A stretch of DNA of 64,000 nucleotides from a virus (Duplodnaviria; Caudoviricetes). This document shows, piece after piece, positions 28,301 through 36,685 of the stretch. A model generated the notes under the pieces. That model worked only from the letters and a program-made list of their open reading frames with translations. It had not been told where the DNA came from and did not search any database. Made by a program: the position numbers and the translations under genes. The stretch covers positions 32,001-96,000 of IMG/VR virus record IMGVR_UViG_3300037067_013660; one strand, 5' to 3'. Each line of letters begins with the position of its first letter. Position 1 is the first letter of the stretch.

Positions 28301-30638
28301 CGAACGACATACCGGCGAGTGGGTGAGCGTCGCGCTCCTGGGCCCGGACCAATTCCTGAAACATCCCGGCCGTGATGGTGGTAAAGTGTACGTCCTTCAC
28401 GACCAACCCGGCCATCGAGGCGTCGCCACCCTCGTTACCCTTCTTGTCCTTGGTGCCCGCACCTTCGGTATGGCGCTTCAGATATTCGTCGCGCAGACGT
28501 AATCTTTGGGCGTGTTCGCGCAGATTGTTTGCCCGCTGCGCAGCCGACAATGCGCCCTGTACGGCACCTAGCAACTGTGCCTGCAACAAAGGCAACAACG
28601 CGTTGATGGCTTCGATGGCGTCGGTGGTTCCCTTGTGGGCGTTGTCGTACAGTACTAAGTTCTGCTTCTGCGCTGTCTGCAAAGCATCGATAAGTTTATC
28701 GACCTTGCCCTTTGGGTAAAACTTAAAGCTACCGGCACCGGCCTGAGCTTGTGCTGTCTTGGTATTGAATAAAATCTGACCAAACGCACTTTGAGATAAT
28801 TTGTCCAATTCTTTTTTATACTTATCGGTAATGTTTTTCAAAGCACTATCTATCAAAGAATTTAGATAGGCGTTGAGTATGAAAATTCTATTGATGCTTG
28901 TATCGGATGGTATTTTAGCAGCATCGTATATTGTTTCATATTTAGCAGAAAAATCGGTGTCTACGAGCAAAACTTCCGCCGAAAACGTAACACCTGTTGT
29001 AAAACTGTTGTCTATTTTGGGTGGAACAGATGACCCATCATCTCCATTCGGTATATGCTTTTCGCTTGTCTGTACGGATCCTGCGGTACGAACAGAACCA
29101 CCGACAGCAGCACCAACCGTAATTACTGTGTCTCGATACAGTTGTGCATATTTTTCAATATACTGTTCTACGACTTTGCCCGTAGCCTTCAGGATACCGA
29201 CCGCTTTGGGCGTCGCCTCGCGTACGTCATCAGCGACAGACTTGGCTTGCGCCAGCTTGACGGAAAAATCATTCACACGCTGTAGGCTGTGCTTCTTTCC
29301 TGTCAGATCATTTAACTCTTCCATCGCTTTGTTGGCGTTACGTAACGCCAATTCTAACGGAGTTATAAACTGTTGAATTTCTTGCTTTATGGCGTCTACG
29401 GTTTTGGCGATACATTCCTTGTCATAGCTGTTATCCTTCTTAGGGCAATTCTTAGCCACGTCGGCGTCGGCTCGGTGCGTAAACCAACCCTGCAATTCAT
29501 CGGACAAACCCAAAGCTATCAAATCTTTGATGAATTGATCGTCGTACTTGCCTTTGTCGTTTCCCCCTGCCTGACGCGCTTGTGCCGCTTTCCTTCGTGC
29601 TCGCTGTTTACCAAACAACGGACTCGTTTCCGTTACATCCTTTTCCCCGATGGTCGCGATGCTGGCGTTTAGGACACGGACGCGCATACGGTCCAAGAGG
29701 CCACGAAAATCGTAGCACCGAATGTTGACAAAACGATCACCCGTTACAGGGTCGTCTTCAAAATCGTGGTCAGAAATAAAACCTGTGAATGCAGGCGCCC
29801 ACAATTCTTTGGCTTTGATGGTCTTACCATTCTTTTTATCTTTAAGCGCAACGCCGGAAACGTGAGGAAGTCGATAGAATACGCGAACGCAATCGTGCGT
29901 ATGAAAAATGGACTTGTAGGGGTCCAGTGGGTAAAGCCAGATGCCGTCTTCGTCGATACGCCAAGACTTAGAATCGCTGGGATTGACGAATACGCGGTTA
30001 TACTTATGCCAATAGATGATGTACTTGGCCAGTTCGTCCACGCCCTGGGAGCCACGGCCCTGATGTCGCACGACCTCGCCATTGCGTCGCGCCAAACGCC
30101 ACCCAGGATTCCTACGATCAGGACCGGCGCAAATGTTCGCTGGCGTAATGATGAAAACGTCTTGGTTGTTATTTAGTGTGAAGCTACAGGTATTCATCCC
30201 GCCGGTCGTTTGGTATGACCACTGTACCGAACCGCGTACATGGTTCGTAACCTCGGCACCCTCGATGAAAATCCTAACCTCTGCCTCCTGTACGGCGTAG
30301 TTTTTCTCCCTAAACTGGTACTGCGATCTTGCCGCACAGATCCAAGACTCGTCAGACTTACCAATACCCCCGACGATCTTTGTGCTAGGAAAGCACGCGA
30401 TCTTGCCGTTCTGTGTTTCGTTGATGGAGAACCTTCTGCGTCCCAATATGGCGGCGCGTTGGCGTTCTTTCTTTTGCTTCGCTAAGTCTGCCCGTCGCTT
30501 GGCGTCGGCTGCAGCACGCTGCGACATGCTGGCGCGTAGCCGATCGCGTGCCTGCGCATTGGATGCACGTACGGTACCATTTTCTTTGGCCGCCGTCTTG
30601 GCCGCAGGTGGTTTATTAGGCGTAGTGGTATCGGCCAT
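25356..30638 (-). CDS. Baseplate hub protein fused to a C-terminal M23 peptidase (tail lysin)
   Basis: 1760 aa; hub-like motifs (C.D.RG.L; SRL.LL..I...LDYQFF....GDL.FE.P); M23 motifs HNGVDF, YLH, VGQSG...HLHYE. Confidence 0.7.
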   Translation of the reverse strand: MADTTTPNKPPAAKTAAKENGTVRASNAQARDRLRASMSQRAAADAKRRADLAKQKKERQRAAILGRRRFSINETQNGKIACFPSTKIVGGIGKSDESWICAARSQYQFREKNYAVQEAEVRIFIEGAEVTNHVRGSVQWSYQTTGGMNTCSFTLNNNQDVFIITPANICAGPDRRNPGWRLARRNGEVVRHQGRGSQGVDELAKYIIYWHKYNRVFVNPSDSKSWRIDEDGIWLYPLDPYKSIFHTHDCVRVFYRLPHVSGVALKDKKNGKTIKAKELWAPAFTGFISDHDFEDDPVTGDRFVNIRCYDFRGLLDRMRVRVLNASIATIGEKDVTETSPLFGKQRARRKAAQARQAGGNDKGKYDDQFIKDLIALGLSDELQGWFTHRADADVAKNCPKKDNSYDKECIAKTVDAIKQEIQQFITPLELALRNANKAMEELNDLTGKKHSLQRVNDFSVKLAQAKSVADDVREATPKAVGILKATGKVVEQYIEKYAQLYRDTVITVGAAVGGSVRTAGSVQTSEKHIPNGDDGSSVPPKIDNSFTTGVTFSAEVLLVDTDFSAKYETIYDAAKIPSDTSINRIFILNAYLNSLIDSALKNITDKYKKELDKLSQSAFGQILFNTKTAQAQAGAGSFKFYPKGKVDKLIDALQTAQKQNLVLYDNAHKGTTDAIEAINALLPLLQAQLLGAVQGALSAAQRANNLREHAQRLRLRDEYLKRHTEGAGTKDKKGNEGGDASMAGLVVKDVHFTTITAGMFQELVRAQERDAHPLAGMSFENAVMWLTLTHLLTSPGYEWNVGLYNTSKLESWNHAMVFGVLGRPMTYEEVTEMGNGTITEFDVNKGPFSPSHCFVHLLLPENGTGASTIVQQDITHNAGEVRSFEYSSRLALLNEICELLDYQFFVTPVGDLAFEFPHYNAVPSDFGGVFSGAYTVARGLRNCRVSTNESQINTAWVLTGSENERIVDDVTNEFFAENIFKKAVLVAPMLTSRIGAKVKKIKMSLPGVGAVYDDRGPGKPLSALLAFGLLQMQRELGKIETMSVTHEFRPYLLPNRPIHVLHRQRIGLTRTINYSMSVGGECSSQSELHYIRGIRRDGAFSFMGIGGVRMPVDYSSWYSGDVKQDVKYGPQEGKVSAAMGTKVLSGELNRNVKDIIGGFPKTKTNYACGTYIQDRYLEAANSYGDQIDASFTGAAKYNVQTSGVAGDVIERPNDPSQGLIGSRTVRRVENKGQPISAVQLSGTGVQVASGPTDGKQDKTTKSAYGRLHNPWPYGVYDANVQGSGSGSPASFNQWGFFRLMTDTGDVHNHTDGMKGKNGYVVYRPHSGKIGRWHNGVDFNNLKNLTKAYTPIPLVGIHAVHHTGSNHLNAKERYEKWEYQLGSTIPSYILNLCKRNSDGTPYVTYEARVGNKYVTYYVENVAYGLNYKLSTHKYKGKSVIVPISTSNSNMGLSIHGFGFVTLPHSPDVRVACRVSYLHCGDLAPRPAGGWYGDGRFYPNEADAPADEVVALVGQSGTSNVHLHYELEVYPPGKEPAILRTHGETDASAWKEILSANEAFLRTSMRLKLTSGPGATPNGAKLSSQWQAYFNTINNKTGQNITTVDQATDYMLSVSEKYKNFTEPGKGKSVYTNPLFFFKPEQIIKDYARRYEDWHNKFDYVYFDPKNSGASVCGVANAVQKQRIYLDHTICRLKASKTNGYNTKKKQIKDCRTAYDTALAAIQGKASNNTAVAERVDRKLDAKTKRKVQGPRKRGNEKTSGA

Positions 30639-31192
30639 CAGGGTCCTCGGCGTTGTCGGCGTGACGCCAACGCCTTCATGTACTGCTGCTGTTGGATCTC
30701 GGCGTCACCGATTTGGATTTGTTTGACTGTTGGCTTGGCGCCCGGTGCGGGGGCGGGCGGTGCCATCACAGCCTTGATGCGCTCCCGCATGATTTCCTTT
30801 TCGTAGTCTTCGAGGCCCAGCAGCTTGGTCATGCGGCGGTCTAGGCGCAGGCGCAGGAACTTGCGGAACGAGTCGCTGAAATCACGGGCGTCGAAAATCT
30901 TACCGATTTTACCGGCGTCGGCTTCGTCGTAGCCATCGGCTACGCGGGCCGCTACGTACTTGTCGTGGACCTCGACCTCGAAACGAGCCGACGCCCTAGA
31001 CGCCGCCTCCATGCGACCGTACTCGGCCCACAGCATCGTGAGGATCTTTTGCTCGTATGGGCCTGGCGGATCCGGTGGCTTCCGTACCTTCAGTTTGGGG
31101 TCACGGGGTTTCGGTCGTGGGGGCCGGTGTGACGGCAGCGTTCGGCTGCGCCTTGATGATTTGTCCGTCCTCGAAGTTGATTTGGTCGCCAT
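30638..31192 (-). CDS. Hypothetical protein upstream of the hub (start uncertain)
   Basis: Stop coupled to the hub ATG (TGATG); the 5' part overlaps 31101..31421 and lacks a clear RBS. Confidence 0.5.
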   Translation of the reverse strand: MATKSTSRTDKSSRRSRTLPSHRPPRPKPRDPKLKVRKPPDPPGPYEQKILTMLWAEYGRMEAASRASARFEVEVHDKYVAARVADGYDEADAGKIGKIFDARDFSDSFRKFLRLRLDRRMTKLLGLEDYEKEIMRERIKAVMAPPAPAPGAKPTVKQIQIGDAEIQQQQYMKALASRRQRRGP

Positions 31193-31421
31193 CGGTTAAC
31201 CCATATTTCCCACTGAGCGTTTGGGCGAAGTCGGACAGTGCGGCGTCCGCGTCTTTCGCCTTGGTCGTGACGTCCGTTAGGTCGCGGCGCAGGAGTTCGT
31301 GTTGCATGCGAATGGTTTCGATCTGCGCCTCGATCTTGGTCTTGCGTTCGTTCAGCAGCATGGCGATGGCGCCGAGCGTTCGGGCCTCTTGCCAATCGTT
31401 GGTATCGAGCTTCTGTGTCAT
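31101..31421 (-). CDS. Small coiled-coil protein, putative fibre assembly chaperone
   Basis: GAGG RBS; 106 aa; paralog of 9096..9416. Confidence 0.65.
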   Translation of the reverse strand: MTQKLDTNDWQEARTLGAIAMLLNERKTKIEAQIETIRMQHELLRRDLTDVTTKAKDADAALSDFAQTLSGKYGLTDGDQINFEDGQIIKAQPNAAVTPAPTTETP

Positions 31422-31427
31422 GGTTCC

Positions 31428-33143
31428 TCACTGTAGTGCGACCAGCGCGTTCACAGTACCGTATTCAACAACAGATTCGTCACCATCTGGTGCGAGTAGT
31501 GGGGAAAACGCTTTACCCAAGATGGTGCCGGGCGCGGGGGGATCCGGCGCCAAAACGGCATAGCCGTTTGGTCCCGATACCAACAGATCGCCGTCACCCG
31601 TTATGTCGCCGTACTCTGTAGAGCAGCGTACGGGTACAAAACCACAGACAGCCAACGACACGTAGTGGTTGGCCTGCACGACGCCAGCGTATAACGTAGC
31701 ACCAGGATCAACTGACTCGGCCAGATGGATCGTAGTGACGTTTCCGCTGGCCGAAATAGAAACAATACGAACAAACTCGCTACGTCCGACCCAAACATGC
31801 GTACCCAACATATCGGCCGTATAGGACTGATCCGTCATGACCGTTTGGGTCACGGTGTCGAACGGATGAACCGTTAGAGCGAAGATGTTCTTGGTGTTGT
31901 AGATGTTTTCCTGTCCGATCTCAACACCCGGTTTGGTCGAGACAACCCCTACGACAGACGTCTGTGCCCGCGTAGTAGACGCGGTACACGTACCATTGTT
32001 CACCGTCATGACGGTACCAGCGGCGTAGTCTTGGTCTGAAGGAAACAATTCAGCGACGTCACCAGACCCAGGCGTCAGGGCACCCAGACAATATATATTG
32101 CCAGCGGACGTTACACGAAATACACTACCCTGAGTTTCAGTATAGCACCTGATGTGGTTATACGCAGTAGTGATGGGTGTGTTGCTCTTAGTAGTAAAGA
32201 TATTGGACGAGGCTACTCGCGTAGTATTGCGATCATACACGTACACCACGTTAGCCGAATTGGACCACGTACTACCCACGGCAGCCAACGCTGCGTACCC
32301 CAGGTTAGCAGGATTACCGTAAGCCTGGGTTTCGTGGCCGCCAACAATCGTGTGGATCGCGTAGGTAGTCGCTTCAGACCCACGAAAGTAAATACACTTG
32401 ATGTGACCACTGGGTGCACTACTTTCGGTTCTGATGACGTAGTCTTCTTCGTACGGCGCTCCAGTGCTGTAGGTTTCGATCGCGAGCGCGTTGGTACTGG
32501 TAAAATCGCCAACGTGTAGACGTGCAGTCGTATCGGTGGCGGCCCATCCACCCCGTACCGTCATGCCGGTCGGATCATAGACTCTAACTTGGGTTGCTCG
32601 TAACGCCAAGTTAGTGTAGCCCTTGACCGTCATGCCCTCGTCGCCGTTTACTTGTGTGGACCCTGCGAAAATAGAACCGTAGGGAAGGGTTCCGTTGGTT
32701 CCGATGTTGATGCGGGCCGCGTGAGTACCGCCAAGCGACGCCCGAGGTCCGACCGTCAAGGTAGTGCCCTGTAACGTGAAATCGAATATGTCGCGCCCCA
32801 CGGTCATGAGTTCCCGCGTCGCGACCGTTACGGGCGGATCCGTCTGGTCTTGTGCGACGCGGAAATAGCGTACGAATCCCAGAGCGGTATCGCCATTGTC
32901 TGAGTCGACGAATACGTTGACGTCGTCTGTACCTCGAATGATGTCGGACGTGAGAACCGGGGTGCTGGGCGTCGCGGTCGTGAACGCGATGGTGCTGAGG
33001 ACGGCATCAATTTGCGCGTCCGAGTAATTGGCGGGAATGGCCTCGATCTTCGCGGTGTCGGTGTAGGACGGAATAATACCCGCGTGTACGAACGAACGTA
33101 AAATAGCGCGAACCACGCGCTCCACCATCAGGGGAGACGGCAT
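31428..33143 (-). CDS. Tail fibre/spike with C-terminal Peptidase G2-like intramolecular chaperone domain
   Basis: 571 aa; 'GDVAELF...GTV...VVGVVSTKPG..IG...VA.CG.VPV.....G....GDLLVSG..G.A...GTILGKA'. Confidence 0.7.
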   Translation of the reverse strand: MPSPLMVERVVRAILRSFVHAGIIPSYTDTAKIEAIPANYSDAQIDAVLSTIAFTTATPSTPVLTSDIIRGTDDVNVFVDSDNGDTALGFVRYFRVAQDQTDPPVTVATRELMTVGRDIFDFTLQGTTLTVGPRASLGGTHAARINIGTNGTLPYGSIFAGSTQVNGDEGMTVKGYTNLALRATQVRVYDPTGMTVRGGWAATDTTARLHVGDFTSTNALAIETYSTGAPYEEDYVIRTESSAPSGHIKCIYFRGSEATTYAIHTIVGGHETQAYGNPANLGYAALAAVGSTWSNSANVVYVYDRNTTRVASSNIFTTKSNTPITTAYNHIRCYTETQGSVFRVTSAGNIYCLGALTPGSGDVAELFPSDQDYAAGTVMTVNNGTCTASTTRAQTSVVGVVSTKPGVEIGQENIYNTKNIFALTVHPFDTVTQTVMTDQSYTADMLGTHVWVGRSEFVRIVSISASGNVTTIHLAESVDPGATLYAGVVQANHYVSLAVCGFVPVRCSTEYGDITGDGDLLVSGPNGYAVLAPDPPAPGTILGKAFSPLLAPDGDESVVEYGTVNALVALQ

Positions 33144-33185
33144 CGTAGACTCCTGACCGTAAACGGGTCCTACTATAGATTAACC

Positions 33186-33686
33186 CTAGCCAGGGGCACG
33201 TTCCTGCGCCCAGCGTAGGTTATCGTCTAGTTTGGCCTGGAGTTTCAGGGAATCACGTGCCGACGCCAAACGCTGTTGTGCCTGAGTACACAGGATGTCC
33301 AAGGTGGTCCATTGGATCCGTACCTTCACGAGCGTCGGGGCGTACTGGTTTAGTTTCTGTTGTTGCGCTGGACCCGTGGCCTTGTCGGGCAGGTCACCAG
33401 ACCGCGACATGAAACTAAGGAGATGGTGTTCCACGGCCGCGACGACCTGCAGGACACGCTTGGCGTCGTGGTGCAGCGTCACGATGCGGTCCAACCGTGC
33501 CTCGATGGTCGAGACGGCCCGTTGGGCCTGCCGGATGGACTTCGGCTTGTTGAAGTCGATGGTGGTGGGCAAGAGGTCACCAACCGTAAGGTACTGGCGG
33601 ATCTCGTCCAGTTTGGCGTCGTGGTCAGGGTCCCGCAGGTCGTTGGCCCGCGCCTTGATGACGATCAAGAGTTCCGGTAGCTTCAT
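33186..33686 (-). CDS. Hypothetical helical protein
   Basis: 166 aa ORF, first gene downstream of the non-coding region. Confidence 0.6.
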   Translation of the reverse strand: MKLPELLIVIKARANDLRDPDHDAKLDEIRQYLTVGDLLPTTIDFNKPKSIRQAQRAVSTIEARLDRIVTLHHDAKRVLQVVAAVEHHLLSFMSRSGDLPDKATGPAQQQKLNQYAPTLVKVRIQWTTLDILCTQAQQRLASARDSLKLQAKLDDNLRWAQERAPG

Positions 33687-34066
33687 GGTAGTGTTTTACC
33701 ACTGTTTCGCGGCAGTTTTGTATGGACAATCGGGCGGCCGAAACGCCGTTTTCGCGCGCCCTTTCTTTAAGAATTCCGGGCGGGCTCTTCTTAAGAAATT
33801 CCTTCCAAATCCTTCCGCTCTTAATTTTTCTCTTCTTCTCTTCTACCTATCAACAACCTAGCGCCCTCTTTTCTTCTTTCCCTTCCTACTTTCTCAAATT
33901 TTCGTAGAAAATTTCCACCTCACCCCCTACAACAGATTATCTGTTTTCCATTTCCGCCGTATCTAAAATGACGTAGCATCGAATCAGAAACGGCAAAGGC
34001 AACAGGACACAGCCTATTGCACATATCGCGTCAGCGGTTACGGTATACAGACAATGACTTGTTAGT

Positions 34067-34095
34067 ATTATATAGCCAGTCTTATTAGAAGTCAA
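34067..34095 (-). promoter_or_regulatory. Near-consensus sigma70 promoter
   Basis: Minus strand TTGACT (34095-34090), 17-nt spacer, TATAAT (34072-34067). Confidence 0.8.
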
Positions 34096-34104
34096 GAAGT
34101 ATTT

Positions 34105-34182
34105 TCAAGAAAATTTAGCCCCAAAAAGCGTCCCCCAGTCCCCTGGTTTCACGTCGTTGTCCTCGGTTTTGTCCGTAGGCAT
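34105..34182 (-). CDS. Possible 25-aa micro-ORF (MPTDKTEDNDVKPGDWGRFFGAKFS)
   Basis: GAGG 9 nt upstream of ATG 34182; ends just before the promoter. Confidence 0.25.
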   Translation of the reverse strand: MPTDKTEDNDVKPGDWGTLFGAKFS

Positions 34183-34272
34183 GGTTTTCGTCCTCGTGGT
34201 TGGTTCTGATGGTAAACTACTACGGTACGGGTCTGAACGACACGTCAGGATGGACTAGATTTTGGCAGGAGA

Positions 34273-35901
34273 CTAGGCAAACAGGTGAGCAGGAGGACCA
34301 CGTACCAATAGGTTTGACAGCACTACGGGGTTCTTGATCATTATGAAGTCACGGACGACCCATTCGCGATCTTCTTTGGCACGACGCTTTCGCCACTTCG
34401 TCAACATCAGCGCGACGAATAGTCCGACGACGTGACTCAGGCGCTGACTCCACATCCGCGTAGTCTTGGCCTTATTGACGTACTGTGCGGCTTCTTCTTC
34501 CGACAGGGACCAGAATGGACTCCATCGCACGAGACCTTCGTCGTACAGAGCCATCCGGAGGAAGAAATCCTTGGACTCTGGTTCAATGCCTGACGTCCAC
34601 GGAACCAAGAACATGCCGTGCGCAGGCTTGGATTGATCCAGTGCTTTCTTGATGATCGTGCTCGTAAGTTTTAGGAAGTCGGGATGGAACTTTGTACGGT
34701 ATGGCATCCGTGCGATCGATGGCGTACCTTCCACATAGTTCCATTCGTCTTTCGGTTGTCTCCAGTGGCGCCTTACTGCCCAATATTTGCACGACATGAA
34801 CAGTTTGCGACAACGAGACTCTTTACGCGTAGAGCGATCTTTTATGATCTGTACGGCAGCGTCCCACCAGTTAGCCAAATACCTGTCCATGCACTCGACC
34901 GCGTGGATCGGGATGTCGAACTCGTGGGCGTCGTTTAGGTACCACGCGCGTTCTTCTTGTCCGTTTTGGTCGTGAACAATACGTCGTAACTTGAGACCGA
35001 TGCGCTTTTTCCCATAGCGCATGCCGTCTTCCCAACACCGTAATACATGATCGTAGTGGGCCGCGAGCTTGGGGTCTTTCGGTCGCTCTCCCATGCACTC
35101 CCATGGTCGCTTGGGCTTAATGCCTGCGTCGCATACGACGTCCAACACCTCCCACCCATCGCCCCGGTAGGTACAGTCTTTCCACTGCTCGTTGTACACC
35201 ACGAGACCCGACATAGGCCAGCGGGCCAGCTCCCGACGTTCCCCGATGTCCATGATGTACAGATCGGTAAAGACGCCAGGATTCTTCTGCCCCGCCACGT
35301 AGCTGCCGCAGTAGTTCAGAAGGTTGTAGTAGGCACGGATGTGGTCTGGGTTGTCCATGCAGTAGCGCCATGGACGTGTATGCTGAATGAAAAAGTCGGG
35401 CTTGCGTTTATGTCCCGAGATGCCGGACAATGCACGCATGTCTTGGTCGAGGGCGTCGTGCCAATCCTCGTCTGCTTCCTGTACGTCCAGCTCGTCGGCT
35501 ATGCCTTCTTTCCGCTGCTCAAGAACGTCGAAGTATGCCTCCAGCGCCCCCTCCAGCTCCTCCAGTGAATCGTGCGGATCCATGGCCATGCGGTAGTAGT
35601 AGGGACGGAACCCCTTGGGCGCACGGATCGTATGCGCCATCTCTAGCAAGAGCGTGTGTCCTTGGTGCGTCCTAAACCCCGTATTCATTTGTTCTGGGCA
35701 CCGTTGGAACCAGCGCTCTGTACCGAAGGACTGGAGGATCGGTAGCTCTCGGATGGATCCGAACTCGTACTTGAGTTTCAGGAGGGAGCCGCTGAGTTTG
35801 GCGTTGATGCGGACGTCTGCCCCTTGAGATCGCAACTGTGACTTGTGCAGTGGCGACCAGACAGGTTTGGCCTGTGACGGGCAGTAGTCGTAGCGCGGCA
35901 T
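34273..35901 (-). CDS. Hypothetical protein
   Basis: 542 aa, AAGGAA RBS; no family recognised; ends ...RGPPAHLFA. Confidence 0.7.
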   Translation of the reverse strand: MPRYDYCPSQAKPVWSPLHKSQLRSQGADVRINAKLSGSLLKLKYEFGSIRELPILQSFGTERWFQRCPEQMNTGFRTHQGHTLLLEMAHTIRAPKGFRPYYYRMAMDPHDSLEELEGALEAYFDVLEQRKEGIADELDVQEADEDWHDALDQDMRALSGISGHKRKPDFFIQHTRPWRYCMDNPDHIRAYYNLLNYCGSYVAGQKNPGVFTDLYIMDIGERRELARWPMSGLVVYNEQWKDCTYRGDGWEVLDVVCDAGIKPKRPWECMGERPKDPKLAAHYDHVLRCWEDGMRYGKKRIGLKLRRIVHDQNGQEERAWYLNDAHEFDIPIHAVECMDRYLANWWDAAVQIIKDRSTRKESRCRKLFMSCKYWAVRRHWRQPKDEWNYVEGTPSIARMPYRTKFHPDFLKLTSTIIKKALDQSKPAHGMFLVPWTSGIEPESKDFFLRMALYDEGLVRWSPFWSLSEEEAAQYVNKAKTTRMWSQRLSHVVGLFVALMLTKWRKRRAKEDREWVVRDFIMIKNPVVLSNLLVRGPPAHLFA

Positions 35902-35914
35902 GGTTCCTTAGAGA

Positions 35915-36685
35915 CTAACCATCTTCTTCGGGGTCCAGCATTTGCTCCATCATGACGCCCACGAGGTCGTGCTCGGGGTTGAGTTTCACGGCCTTGACGA
36001 CGTTACCTTCATCGTCCTGGTGGTCGTAGAAGTAGAGGATACCTTCTTGTTCTGCTTCCGACACGAATTTGCGGGCGTCGTCCGAGTTGCAGACCTTCAT
36101 CTGTATCGGTAGTGCCGTGCGGGTCAGGTAACTGAGGCCAACGTAAGGGATCGAGGTCGTCGCGATGAACTTGATGACGGCACGATAGACTTCTGACGCG
36201 TCGACCGTAACGTCTGGTTCAATGATGTGTTCGAGCGGCACGTACACGTTGGCGTTGCGTTTTAGTGGTTCTGTTGCCGTATGCGGACTGATCAATACCA
36301 TCATCCGTACCCAGTACTTTAATCGACGCATTACGCCAATACGATCTGGATTATTGGTCGCGATGATGACGACGTCTGGTGTGTTGCCCGATACAATGTT
36401 TCGATCCAGTATGTCCATGTTGATGTCGGCCCCGCAGATTGAACTAACGTCAAAGCCCAGCCGCTGCCATCCATTGTTTTGTGCGTCGCTTTGGTACAAT
36501 ACGGATTGTTGTATGCGACCAAAATTCATTATCGTCTTAATGATTTGATTTGGTAGGTCTGGTTGTCGCAATACCTCGGGTGGCAAGTCTACGAAGGTGT
36601 TCACGCCGGGCAGCACGTAGATCTTCTTGGCTTTGTCCCTCACTGAGATTCTGGGTTCTGTTTCGTATGACCGCATTTGCTCCAC
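35915..36685 (-). CDS. Degenerate NYN/LabA (PIN-fold) protein with a C-terminal winged-helix-like domain
   Basis: 'GADINMDI.D...PDVVIIAT.NPD...MRRLK......IS..TATEPLKRNANVYVPLE' follows the NYN pattern; start uncertain, overlaps the UvrD 3' end. Confidence 0.55.
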   Translation of the reverse strand: MEQMRSYETEPRISVRDKAKKIYVLPGVNTFVDLPPEVLRQPDLPNQIIKTIMNFGRIQQSVLYQSDAQNNGWQRLGFDVSSICGADINMDILDRNIVSGNTPDVVIIATNNPDRIGVMRRLKYWVRMMVLISPHTATEPLKRNANVYVPLEHIIEPDVTVDASEVYRAVIKFIATTSIPYVGLSYLTRTALPIQMKVCNSDDARKFVSEAEQEGILYFYDHQDDEGNVVKAVKLNPEHDLVGVMMEQMLDPEEDG

